From positions 672,001-736,000 of the forward strand of contig CAWDTA010000002.1 of the NCBI GenBank assembly GCA_963805085.1: 64,000 bases of DNA, given 5' to 3'. Below the pieces are notes generated by a model. It did not search any database, was not told where the DNA came from, and worked only from the letters and a program-made list of their open reading frames with translations. The translations under genes were made by a program, and so were the position numbers. The stretch comes from an uncultured Veillonellaceae bacterium (GTDB lineage: Bacteria; Bacillota; Negativicutes; JARBTT01). Shown here piece by piece: positions 15,014 through 26,967 of this stretch (within the stretch, counting starts at the first letter, position 1; the number at the start of each line of letters is the position of its first letter).

Positions 15014-16617
15014 TCCGGACTCCCCCCATTCACATTTAATCCAACGCCATATATGCCGCGTGCCATTTCAGTTTCACGCAATGCATTGCCCCAAAGCACT
15101 GGGCGAATGCCTTTCCAACGAGCCTGCAAAAACTCTTGTAGTTGCTTTAACGATTCTTGCTTATCGGCAGCGACATCAGAACGTGACAGAACCCCAACAC
15201 TACGGAGTGAACAGAAATTCCCCTGACAGGTTCCCATGCCCATGCGCGTTTTCCGACGGATATCACTCACGGTAAAACTCGTACCTTCTTTTACAACTTC
15301 TTCGATTTCTGCCAATGTTACATTTTCACATTCACAGATTAATTGACGCTCTTCTGGATTCTTCTCTAGTCTCTCTACGACACGCTGAAAACGCTCTGCA
15401 CCTAAACGGGTAGCCGCTAGCTCCGTTCCGTATGCCGGGAAATATTTGCGTGCTTTCGTCTTTACCTCTTCTGTTACCTCTTGCACCAAAGGTTCTTCAG
15501 CCGTCCGACATGGCATAGTCACGTGAAGTCTTTGACAAACAATATCAGTTATCTTTTCTGCCATAAGCCTATAGGTTGTAAACTTACCACCGGTAATCGT
15601 CATAAAACCATGTAGGCCATCTTCAGCATGATCTAAAATCACAAAACCACGCGAAGCGCCGCGGCCTTTTCCTCCAGACGCACTGTACAATGGTCTTGAT
15701 CCTGCAAAGGCTCTTAAAACACGATATTTACGAAGATTTTCAAAGGTTTTCTCACCAATTTTTAGCAAGCTTTCTATTTCAGTAAAGGAAGAGCTTGTAT
15801 CTTCGGGATCTTTCACTGACATCGAGGTTGTTCCTAAAATCGTAATTGAACCATGTGGTACAAAAATATCGCCATCGGACGGTACATGCAAACGATTTAC
15901 AATCCGGCTTGAAATCCTCTGATTAAAGGCAATCAATGTCCCCTTATCCGGTTGCACATTTACGTCAAGTCCTGCAAGCGCTGCAATTTGTCCAGACCAT
16001 GGACCAGCCGCATTGATCACAAATTCGCAGGCAACAAAATAGGTTTGTTTTGTAAAATAATTGCGAACATCTACCCCGATTACTTTGCCATTTTCCGAAA
16101 CAATCCGAATAACCTCCGTATAGGTTTTAACACGTCCACCATAACGTGCTGCTGAATCTATATTTTGCCAAGCCATACGAAAACCGTCGATTGCCGCATC
16201 AGGAACTCTATAAGCTGATATGATCTGATGAGATAGATTTGGTTCCAATTGCCAAGCTTCCTCTGCTGTAATCGGAATAGCCGATATGCCACTTTTTTTG
16301 CAACCTTCTATCCATTTCCCCTCAAACTCTGCATCATCTTCCGGCAAACGAATAAACAATCCTTCAGTTGCTTCTACGCAAGATTTTCCGATTTTACGTA
16401 AAATAAGATTTTCTTCTATGCACTCTCTAGCAGCTTCTTGATCCTTTACTGCATAACGAGCTCCACTATGAAGCAAACCATGATAACGAGAACTTGTCCC
16501 ATTTACCATGTCCAGCTTTTCTAAAAGCAGTACATCAACGCCGCGCATAGCTAGATCGCGTAGTATTCCAACACCAGTTGCTCCACCGCCAATAACGACC
16601 ACTGTTGCTTTTTCCAT
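15010..16617 (-). CDS. glpA: anaerobic glycerol-3-phosphate dehydrogenase subunit A
   Basis: GGGATG, GTSSRYHGLLHSGARY, GGKFTTYR, C-terminal CECE..GTCQGNFC. Confidence 0.92.
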   Translation of the reverse strand: MEKATVVVIGGGATGVGILRDLAMRGVDVLLLEKLDMVNGTSSRYHGLLHSGARYAVKDQEAARECIEENLILRKIGKSCVEATEGLFIRLPEDDAEFEGKWIEGCKKSGISAIPITAEEAWQLEPNLSHQIISAYRVPDAAIDGFRMAWQNIDSAARYGGRVKTYTEVIRIVSENGKVIGVDVRNYFTKQTYFVACEFVINAAGPWSGQIAALAGLDVNVQPDKGTLIAFNQRISSRIVNRLHVPSDGDIFVPHGSITILGTTSMSVKDPEDTSSSFTEIESLLKIGEKTFENLRKYRVLRAFAGSRPLYSASGGKGRGASRGFVILDHAEDGLHGFMTITGGKFTTYRLMAEKITDIVCQRLHVTMPCRTAEEPLVQEVTEEVKTKARKYFPAYGTELAATRLGAERFQRVVERLEKNPEERQLICECENVTLAEIEEVVKEGTSFTVSDIRRKTRMGMGTCQGNFCSLRSVGVLSRSDVAADKQESLKQLQEFLQARWKGIRPVLWGNALRETEMARGIYGVGLNVNGGSPE

Positions 16618-16737
16618 GTTTTTGTCCCCTTTACCGACATTCTCGATTCTATTGTGTAATAGGAAAGGACTCTCTTATAAACTCAATATAAGAGAATCCT
16701 CCCTGCCCATTATTCTAATAATAATTTGTAATCAAAA

Positions 16738-18255
<1,518 letters not shown>

Positions 18256-18329
18256 TTATCATATTGATTTATTGATAAAACTATATTTTTTAAAATATTT
18301 TATGAATTCCAATAAAATAAAATTTGTTT

Positions 18330-19070
18330 TTAAATGATAGCACAAATCTTAGCTAGAACAACCGCTGCAACAGCACCAGCCATAGGGGCAACAACAGGTA
18401 CCCAAGAATAACTCCAATCAGAACTTCCTTTGCCTGCAATCGGTAAAATCGCATGAGCGATACGAGGGCCAAGGTCACGAGCAGGGTTTACAGCATATCC
18501 AGTAGGACCACAGAAGGATAAACCAACTGCCCACACTGCGAGTCCAGCCATATACGTGCCCATTCCAGGTGTGAAACCTGTAGGACCAGAAACAAATTTA
18601 CTGCCAAAAGATATGAAAATAAAGAACAAGAATGTACTAGCGATAAACTCGCAAAGTGCATTGGCACCATAACTACGAATCGCCGGAATCGTGGAGAAAA
18701 CCCCTAATTTAGTAGTTTTATCTTCAGTAACTTTCCAATGTGGCAAATATGCAAGCCACACTAAAGCAGCACCAACGATTCCACCGAGAAGTTGTGCAAT
18801 CATAATATTGATTGCAACTGGTACAGAATAAACGCCCATTAACAATTTAAAAAAAGTAACCGCAGTATTTAAATCACCAGTATTACCAACAGCAAGTCCA
18901 CAACTAACTCCCATGACAACCGCCATCGCCCAACCTGTATAAACAACGATTGCTCCACCGCCAAGACCTTTTGATTCCTTTAATGATACATTGGCTACAA
19001 CGCCACAACCAAAAGCGATTAATACCGCAGTTCCTATAAATTCACCTAAAAAAACATTATCCATTTTCAT
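18330..19070 (-). CDS. glpF: glycerol uptake facilitator (aquaglyceroporin)
   Basis: GEFIGT, second loop NPARDLGPR, first loop variant DLNTAVT; directly upstream of glpK. Confidence 0.88.
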   Translation of the reverse strand: MKMDNVFLGEFIGTAVLIAFGCGVVANVSLKESKGLGGGAIVVYTGWAMAVVMGVSCGLAVGNTGDLNTAVTFFKLLMGVYSVPVAINIMIAQLLGGIVGAALVWLAYLPHWKVTEDKTTKLGVFSTIPAIRSYGANALCEFIASTFLFFIFISFGSKFVSGPTGFTPGMGTYMAGLAVWAVGLSFCGPTGYAVNPARDLGPRIAHAILPIAGKGSSDWSYSWVPVVAPMAGAVAAVVLAKICAII

Positions 19071-19323
19071 TGCTCCTCATATTAAATTTGCCGAATTCTC
19101 CAATATAGCGCAATACTCGTTTAGATAGTTTGCAATATTCAGAATATTACAAACTATATCTATGGTTACTTCTCCCCCTCCTTCGCTCTAATCCTTAGAT
19201 TTTTTTGTTTTAGCATCACTTATGCAACTTTAATACTTTTTATTGTAGTTATCGCTTATAAAATACGTTTTCTCGTTTCACGATCGCATACGATACTAAA
19301 TTTCATCTCTGACTCATACATTA

Positions 19324-19361
19324 TCACAATATTTCGTACCGGTCAATACGTAATATTGTGA
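19324..19361. promoter_or_regulatory. 15-bp inverted repeat, candidate operator in the glpF/xre divergent region
   Basis: TCACAATATTTCGTA-ccggtcaa-TACGTAATATTGTGA (1 mismatch); spacer holds a minus-strand TTGACC. Confidence 0.5.
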
Positions 19362-19613
19362 ATATTCTCTGTATAAAAATATTTTTTCGTGTTTTTTGTT
19401 ATTTGACTGCTTAAATATACATATTATGCTATACTATAAGTAATTTACTTATCTAATTGTCACCGGGAAAAAATGTAATCATAAGTCCAATAAACTATGA
19501 TTGCATTTTTACTTTATTTAAGTTGCAGATTTCTCTTGAAATCTATTGAAAACTCTGTATAATTTCGTATTAAGGATATACAGTTACTTACAAACAAGGA
19601 GGTGTACGCTATT

Positions 19614-19940
19614 TTGACACGAGAAGACTATATTAAATCTCTGATAAAATCCCACGGTTATAATTTGAAAGAATTTTCAACGCAAATTCACATGCCATAT
19701 ACCACTTTACTATCTATATTAAACGGGTCTATTGGCGGTGCAGCTGTTGATAATGTGTTGAAAATCTGCCACGCACTGCATATAAAAATAGAAGATTTGA
19801 ACCAACTAGAAACTGAGGCTGAGGTTCTGCCTAAAGAACACGGCGTTGAACCAGACCTAGACACGTATCTGCTAAAACTCATTAACGAACTTTCCCCCGA
19901 AAAAAAGATTGCGCTTAAAATCCTTTTAACGAATATGTAA
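19614..19940 (+). CDS. XRE-family HTH transcriptional regulator
   Basis: MPYTTLLSIL..VDNVLKICHALHI HTH; TTG 19614 follows AAGGAGG; TTGAAA-16-TATAAT at 19536-19563. Confidence 0.8.
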   Translation: MTREDYIKSLIKSHGYNLKEFSTQIHMPYTTLLSILNGSIGGAAVDNVLKICHALHIKIEDLNQLETEAEVLPKEHGVEPDLDTYLLKLINELSPEKKIALKILLTNM

Positions 19941-20219
19941 TCGGTAAATAAATATGAAATGAAACCACCAAGGTTGAATTAGTATAAAAACTAGCCCAAC
20001 CATTTTTTTATTTCTAGCGGTATTATTTCCATCATATTCCTTTTAATGTGATTTTATCAGCCTTTTCATTATCAAAGTCGCACTAGATAGTCTCGAATTT
20101 CTTTGCAATTTTGTGACAAATCTTTCTTGGTATAAAATATAAGAAAGATTTGCTTTCGTACCCACAATACGATATTCTATCAATAAATAATAAATTAAAT
20201 TATAGATAGGTGGCTGTAA

Positions 20220-21776
20220 ATGAGCGTATTAAATGTCGAAAATGTCTCCCATGATTTCGGGGGAAGAACGATTCTTGAAGATGCTTCCTTCCGATTATTA
20301 AAAGGAGAGCATGTTGGTCTGATCGGTGCAAACGGTGAAGGTAAATCAACATTTCTCAACATCATCACAGGACAATTGCAACCTGACCAAGGAAAAGTAA
20401 CCTGGTCAAATCGTGTAAATGTCGGCTATTTAGACCAACATTCCGTTCTAAAAAAAGGCATGACCATTCGTGAAGTCCTTCGGACTGCGTTTGATGAAAT
20501 GTATAAATTAGAAGCTGAAATGATTGAAATTTACGATAAAATGGGCGATGCGGCTCCTGATGTACTCGATAAAATGATGGTTGATGTTGGTGAAATTCAA
20601 GATATTCTTGATCATAATAGTTTTTATATGATTGATGCGAAAATCGAAGAAATCTCCAATGGCCTTGGTTTACGTGATATCGGACTAGACAAAGAAGTTA
20701 CTGACCTTAGCGGTGGTCAACGTACCAAAGTGCTATTAACCAAACTATTATTACAAAATCCTACGATTCTTATCTTAGATGAACCGACAAATTATTTAGA
20801 CGTGGAACATATTCAATGGTTAACCAACTACTTGAAAAATTACGAAAATGCCTTTATTCTCGTATCGCATGATATTTCCTTCTTAAATGATGTCATCAAC
20901 GTGATTTACCATGTTGAAAATGCTACACTGACTCGTTATACTGGCGACTACAATCAGTTCCAAAGCATGCATGAAATGCGTAAAAAGCAAGAAAATGCTG
21001 CTTTTGACCGCCAACAGCAAGAAATCGATCGTTTAGAAGATTTCATCGCTCGTAACAAGGCTCGTGTTGCCACTCGTGGGATGGCAAATAGCCGTCAAAA
21101 ACGTTTAGATAAAATGGAAATCCTCGAAAAACCGAAAGAAAAACCAAAGCCACACTTTAAATTCAACGAAGCAAGAACCCCTAGTCGTTTCATAATCGAA
21201 GCAAAACAACTTGTGCTTGGCTATGACGAACCACTTACTAAACCAGTAGATATCGTTTTAGAACGTGGGCAAAAAATCGCGATTCGCGGTGTAAATGGTC
21301 TTGGTAAAACAACGCTATTAAAAACATTACTCGGTAAAATACCAGCCATTTCTGGCAAGGTTGAGCTTGGTGAATTCTTAGAACCTGGATACTTTGAACA
21401 AGAATCTAGTCGTGATAACGACAATACTGCCCTTGAAGAACTCTGGGCAGAATATCCCGGTATGAGCAATTATGAAGTACGTGCTGCTCTAGCCAATTGC
21501 GGTTTAACCAATGAACATATCACCAGTAAAATGATGGTGCTAAGCGGTGGGGAAGCGGCTAAAGTTCGCCTTTGTAAAGTAATGCAAAATAAGATCAACC
21601 TACTCGTACTAGATGAACCGACAAATCACTTAGATGTTGAAGCAAAAGAAGAGTTAAAATCTGCTTTAATCAACTTTAAAGGTACCATCCTCCTCGTATC
21701 TCATGAACCACAATTCTATGAAGACTGGGTAACCGATGTATGGAACGTCGAAGGCTGGACAACCAAAATCGTATAA
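20220..21776 (+). CDS. ABC-F family ATPase
   Basis: Two ABC domains (GANGEGKST, LSGGQ, LDEPTNYLD; GVNGLGKT, LSGGE, LDEPTNHLD), no TM segments. Confidence 0.92.
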   Translation: MSVLNVENVSHDFGGRTILEDASFRLLKGEHVGLIGANGEGKSTFLNIITGQLQPDQGKVTWSNRVNVGYLDQHSVLKKGMTIREVLRTAFDEMYKLEAEMIEIYDKMGDAAPDVLDKMMVDVGEIQDILDHNSFYMIDAKIEEISNGLGLRDIGLDKEVTDLSGGQRTKVLLTKLLLQNPTILILDEPTNYLDVEHIQWLTNYLKNYENAFILVSHDISFLNDVINVIYHVENATLTRYTGDYNQFQSMHEMRKKQENAAFDRQQQEIDRLEDFIARNKARVATRGMANSRQKRLDKMEILEKPKEKPKPHFKFNEARTPSRFIIEAKQLVLGYDEPLTKPVDIVLERGQKIAIRGVNGLGKTTLLKTLLGKIPAISGKVELGEFLEPGYFEQESSRDNDNTALEELWAEYPGMSNYEVRAALANCGLTNEHITSKMMVLSGGEAAKVRLCKVMQNKINLLVLDEPTNHLDVEAKEELKSALINFKGTILLVSHEPQFYEDWVTDVWNVEGWTTKIV

Positions 21777-21812
21777 AAAATTGAGACACCCTTTAGGTGT
21801 CTCAATTTTTTT
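21775..21812. terminator. bidirectional terminator
   Basis: AAAAAATTGAGACACC-cttta-GGTGTCTCAATTTTTT between convergent genes. Confidence 0.85.
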
Positions 21813-21815
21813 ATT

Positions 21816-22742
21816 TTAAATTTCTTCAACCGTAATTTTATGGAATAGATCATCTACTATGCTTTTCGTAACAAAACCACTTTCTTTTTCCAATGCATTT
21901 GCCGTCCCACACGCTGACGCCAATTTAATTGCATTGATGATAGAATCATTTTTTTGCGTAGCAATTGCCATTCCTGCTACATAAGCATCACCTGATCCTA
22001 CAGGATTTACTGCTTTCACCTTTGGTATATTCACTTTATATATTTTATCTTTATAGCCAATGATAGAGCCATCTGCCCCTAATGATATTGCAACAATTTG
22101 GATGCCAAGATTAATAAAATTCTTTATTTCATCAATTGCATCGTTGATATTCTTAATTTTTCGTCCAGTAACTGCTTCAACTTCATCTTTATTCGGTTTT
22201 ATAAAATACGGTTTTGCTTGAATCCCATTTTTTAAAAGTTCACCACTGGCATCTAAAAATACTTTTTTCTCATAATCATTCGCAATTCCCGTCAAAAGCT
22301 CATAAAAATCATTTGGCATATTTTTAGGAGCACTTCCGGAAATAACAACGATTTCAACCTCATGAATAAGTTCATTGTATTTGTCAATAAAATACTGCTG
22401 ATCAAATGCACCGACTTCAGGCCCTGGTTCTAAGATTTCTGTTTGTATTCCATCGTCCGAAATTAAAGCCAAACAAGACCGTGTTTCTCCTTGGATTTTT
22501 ACAAAGTCTTGGTTTATTCTGTATTCTTTTAATTTTTCTTCAATAAACGCTCCCGTTTTACCGCCAATAAATCCTGTTACAATACATTTTTCATCTAAAA
22601 TGGTCATGACATTTGCTACATGAATTCCCTTTCCTCCAGGTGTATTTTCAACTTGCCTCGCTCTTATCACTTTACCTTTCGAGATGTCGGCGATTTCATA
22701 ACGTTTATCCATAGAAGCATTTAAATTTACCACTAGAATCAT
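21816..22742 (-). CDS. lacC: PfkB-family hexose-phosphate kinase, probable tagatose-6-phosphate kinase
   Basis: NLNASMD, GGKGIHVA, IKPNKDE, VGSGDA; last gene of the galactitol/tagatose operon. Confidence 0.8.
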   Translation of the reverse strand: MILVVNLNASMDKRYEIADISKGKVIRARQVENTPGGKGIHVANVMTILDEKCIVTGFIGGKTGAFIEEKLKEYRINQDFVKIQGETRSCLALISDDGIQTEILEPGPEVGAFDQQYFIDKYNELIHEVEIVVISGSAPKNMPNDFYELLTGIANDYEKKVFLDASGELLKNGIQAKPYFIKPNKDEVEAVTGRKIKNINDAIDEIKNFINLGIQIVAISLGADGSIIGYKDKIYKVNIPKVKAVNPVGSGDAYVAGMAIATQKNDSIINAIKLASACGTANALEKESGFVTKSIVDDLFHKITVEEI

Positions 22743-22773
22743 TTACGTATCCTCCTATTATGTCTAAAACTAT

Positions 22774-23643
<870 letters not shown>

Positions 23644-23729
23644 CTAAATTTTAAAGAACAAAGGCTCTCCTCTGCTAGGTTAGTGGATTGTCACTTAGCC
23701 TATTGGGTGAGCCTTTAGTTTCTGCTATT

Positions 23730-24770
23730 TTAAAAAACGTACATTACTTTTAAAGATTTTTCATCCTTACTTAACATTGTTTCAAATGCTTGATACCCAT
23801 CGTCTAGTTTAAATTTATGCGTTATAATGTCATCCACTCTGATTTTCCCAGAATCTAGATACTCAACGGCTGCTGTCCATTCCGCACCAGGAAATGGTGA
23901 AGAATAGCTCATCCAGGAACCAGTTACATTCAGTTCACCACGTAAAATCAATTCGAAATTTTTTGCTTCAATGTTTACATCTTTGTGCGCTGTACCAACG
24001 TAAACAATCGTTCCTAATTTATTCACTAGCGTTAGCACTTCATTTTGAATAAAGTTAATACCAGCGGTTTCAAAAACATAATCCACTTTTCCATGCTCAG
24101 AAAAATATTCTTTTACGTTCGTGTTTAGTGAATTAATTGTTTCATAGGCACCCAATCTTTTAGCTAAGTTTAATTTGTAATCATCAATGTCTACGACATA
24201 TATTTTTTCTATACCCTTTGCTAATAAACATTGCATGACCAAGATCCCAATCGTGCCACAGCCATAAACAATTGCTTTTTTACCGCCTTGAATAGTTGCT
24301 CTTTCCACTCCATGAATGGCAACAGTGATTGGTTCTATACATGCAGCTTGCTCATAGCTTACTTTTTCTGATATTTTTACAACATTTTTACTTGGAACAA
24401 CAACGTATTCTGCCATTGCGCCATTTTCTCGGGACCCAATAAAGGAATAATGCGTACACATTGCCGGTTTACCTTTTTGGCAATTTTCACACTTTTCACA
24501 AGGAATCAACGGTGCGGCCGTCACTCTATCCCCAACCTTACAGCTAGTTACATTTTCTCCGACTTGAGCAATATCTCCAGAAAACTCATGTCCAATAACA
24601 ATAGGATAATTATGCACACCACCATCTTTTGCTCTTGGTACATCAGAACCGCAAATACCACATGCTCTTACTTTAATCAACACTTTATCGGCTGTTACCT
24701 CAGGTTTTGGAATATCTTGATAAACAAGTTTCTTTATTCCTTCTACAACCAGTGCTTTCATTGTTGCCAT
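23730..24770 (-). CDS. gatD: galactitol-1-phosphate 5-dehydrogenase (Zn-dependent)
   Basis: CGICGSD, GHEFSG, CxxCxxC Zn site, GSWMSYSSPFPGAEW. Confidence 0.85.
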   Translation of the reverse strand: MATMKALVVEGIKKLVYQDIPKPEVTADKVLIKVRACGICGSDVPRAKDGGVHNYPIVIGHEFSGDIAQVGENVTSCKVGDRVTAAPLIPCEKCENCQKGKPAMCTHYSFIGSRENGAMAEYVVVPSKNVVKISEKVSYEQAACIEPITVAIHGVERATIQGGKKAIVYGCGTIGILVMQCLLAKGIEKIYVVDIDDYKLNLAKRLGAYETINSLNTNVKEYFSEHGKVDYVFETAGINFIQNEVLTLVNKLGTIVYVGTAHKDVNIEAKNFELILRGELNVTGSWMSYSSPFPGAEWTAAVEYLDSGKIRVDDIITHKFKLDDGYQAFETMLSKDEKSLKVMYVF

Positions 24771-26153
24771 TTATTCAGCCATCTCCTTTTGCCCTTCCCT
24801 CGATTCAGCAACTATCCTATTTTGTCCTTTTTTATACCAAAAATAGGTGAATATCACACAAGCAATATAGAAGCCACCAACGCAAATGAGACCAGTTGCA
24901 TTTGTTGTATTAAATACTTGCGTTAAGATATAAGTGATTGGGCTTCCACCTTGGTCAAGAGACGCAATTTTCGCACTCGCATCCGTCAATTGTCCTGCAT
25001 TTTTTGCTAATATTGTATGCAATCCAATCGTTTGGTTTGATATCCAAATCGTTAAGCTCATTACCACCGAACCCGTGATGATTGTTCTAAACAAGTTCCC
25101 ACCATGAACACCAACTGCCATTGCAACAAAGAAGCCAATGGTTGCTAAATCACCAAAAGGAAGAATTTGATTTCCTGGAATAATTGCTGCTAAAAATATA
25201 GTAATTGGAATAAACAGTAACGAGGCTGTTACTACTACTGGATCTCCAAGTAACAATGCACAATCAAGACCAATGTAGAATTTACTATTTTTGAAGCGTT
25301 TTTGTAACATTGCTTTCGCTGCTTCTGAAACAGGAAGTAACCCACCCATAATATGTTTTACTACCTGCGGCATAAGAATGATAACAGATGCCATTTGAAT
25401 TCCTAATGTTAAAATTCCACGTATATCGTACCCTGCAAGCACACCAATCATAACTCCCATAATTGCACCCATAATTGCAGGGTCACCGATAACCCCGAAA
25501 CGTTTTTCAATTTGTCCTGGATTAATATTAATATCCTTAATAACCGGAATTTTATCTATTAGACAATTGATTGGTACTGAAATTGGGGCAAGATAACCAG
25601 TCGTACCATGCGGTAATGCGATGCCTTCTAATCCAAAATACTCTTCTGCAACTGGTGCAAACCAATCCCCTAGCTTATAAGCAAATGCCGCATGTATGAT
25701 AACTCCGACGATACCAAGTGTGTAACTACCGGTTGCAATATGAACCAATGCACCTGTAAAAGCAAAATGCCAGATATTCCAAATATCAAGATTAACGACC
25801 CTAGTCATTCTTAATGCCAGCATTACTAGGTTAACTGCAATTGCAATTGGAATTGCAACCAATGCGATATCACTTGCCCATGTCATAGGTGAAGAACCAG
25901 GCCAACCAATATCAATGATATTCATACTAATGCCAAAATTTTCTGACATGGCAACTGCAGCCTTTGCCAAATTATTTAGCATCAAACTAATAACTAAACC
26001 AATACCAACAAAACCAATACCAATTGAAATACCAGATTTTAATGATTTACCAATTGATTGTCCTAGGCATAACGCCACAATAAAAATAACAATCGGCAAC
26101 ATAACTGCTGGGCCTAAATCTACAAAATACTGTACAAAAGATAATACTCCCAT
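24771..26153 (-). CDS. gatC: PTS galactitol EIIC
   Basis: IDIGWP, NLDIWNIWHFAF, IGLDCA, LPFGDLA; hydrophobic. Confidence 0.9.
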   Translation of the reverse strand: MGVLSFVQYFVDLGPAVMLPIVIFIVALCLGQSIGKSLKSGISIGIGFVGIGLVISLMLNNLAKAAVAMSENFGISMNIIDIGWPGSSPMTWASDIALVAIPIAIAVNLVMLALRMTRVVNLDIWNIWHFAFTGALVHIATGSYTLGIVGVIIHAAFAYKLGDWFAPVAEEYFGLEGIALPHGTTGYLAPISVPINCLIDKIPVIKDININPGQIEKRFGVIGDPAIMGAIMGVMIGVLAGYDIRGILTLGIQMASVIILMPQVVKHIMGGLLPVSEAAKAMLQKRFKNSKFYIGLDCALLLGDPVVVTASLLFIPITIFLAAIIPGNQILPFGDLATIGFFVAMAVGVHGGNLFRTIITGSVVMSLTIWISNQTIGLHTILAKNAGQLTDASAKIASLDQGGSPITYILTQVFNTTNATGLICVGGFYIACVIFTYFWYKKGQNRIVAESREGQKEMAE

Positions 26154-26194
26154 TATAAATACACCCTCCCATAAGCTTTATTAATATTTAAAAA

Positions 26195-26470
26195 TTATTT
26201 CAAATATCCTAATATTTTCTTTTCGGTTTCTTCTTTGTTAATACCCGTTAAAAAAGCCATACCATTTACATAAGGCAAACCATAGTCTCTTTTGATTCTC
26301 ATCGTAGTTACAATTAAATCGATGCCTTGTAAACTACTTTCAATTTCAGACATACGAATTTGTAAGATTTCCACATCAACCCCATTGGCTTTACAAAGCT
26401 CTTTGATACCATTTGCCGCAACGGTCGATGTTGCTACGGCTCCACCACAAGCTACAATTACTTTTTTCAT
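26195..26470 (-). CDS. gatB: PTS galactitol EIIB
   Basis: VACGGAVATST phospho-Cys loop. Confidence 0.9.
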   Translation of the reverse strand: MKKVIVACGGAVATSTVAANGIKELCKANGVDVEILQIRMSEIESSLQGIDLIVTTMRIKRDYGLPYVNGMAFLTGINKEETEKKILGYLK

Positions 26471-26487
26471 TTTTTCTCCTCCTCAAA

Positions 26488-26967
26488 TTAGTTTTTCAAT
26501 TTACTTACAAGCATGTTTCTAACTTCTTCTTTATCTCTGGAATTTAGTAATAGTTCTATACAACTCGCTTCTTGAAACATCGCAAATAATTTTTGCAACA
26601 TATCTAAATGCTGATTACTATCTTTTAATGCCAACATAAACACTAAATTGACCTCCACAGTCTCATCACAATTTTCCATGCTATGAAATACGATAGGATT
26701 CGCTAACTGTACTACAGCAATCCCATTTTCTAATACATTGTCCACTGGACTTGCATGCGGTATTGCAATCCCATTTTCCACCAACGCAATACCTGTGGGG
26801 AACCGCTCTTCTCTTTTTAATACGCTATCTATATAAGCTTTCTTGATATAGCCTTTTTCTAATAAAAATTTACCTGTTTTTTCAATTGCCGCTTTTGCAT
26901 CCTTGGCGTCTATTTTAAGTCCAATTAAATCCGTTGTAATTAACTGTTCCATATTCATAAAATTCAC
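26488..26967 (-). CDS. gatA: PTS galactitol EIIA
   Basis: RE..FPTG..IAIPHA. Confidence 0.87.
   Translation of the reverse strand: MNFMNMEQLITTDLIGLKIDAKDAKAAIEKTGKFLLEKGYIKKAYIDSVLKREERFPTGIALVENGIAIPHASPVDNVLENGIAVVQLANPIVFHSMENCDETVEVNLVFMLALKDSNQHLDMLQKLFAMFQEASCIELLLNSRDKEEVRNMLVSKLKN

Noticed and set aside
19077-19163. 28-codon frame after a strong AAGGAGGGGG, ending at the glpF RBS
   Set aside because: Would need a non-canonical ATA start and overlaps a hairpin; unsupported without Ribo-seq
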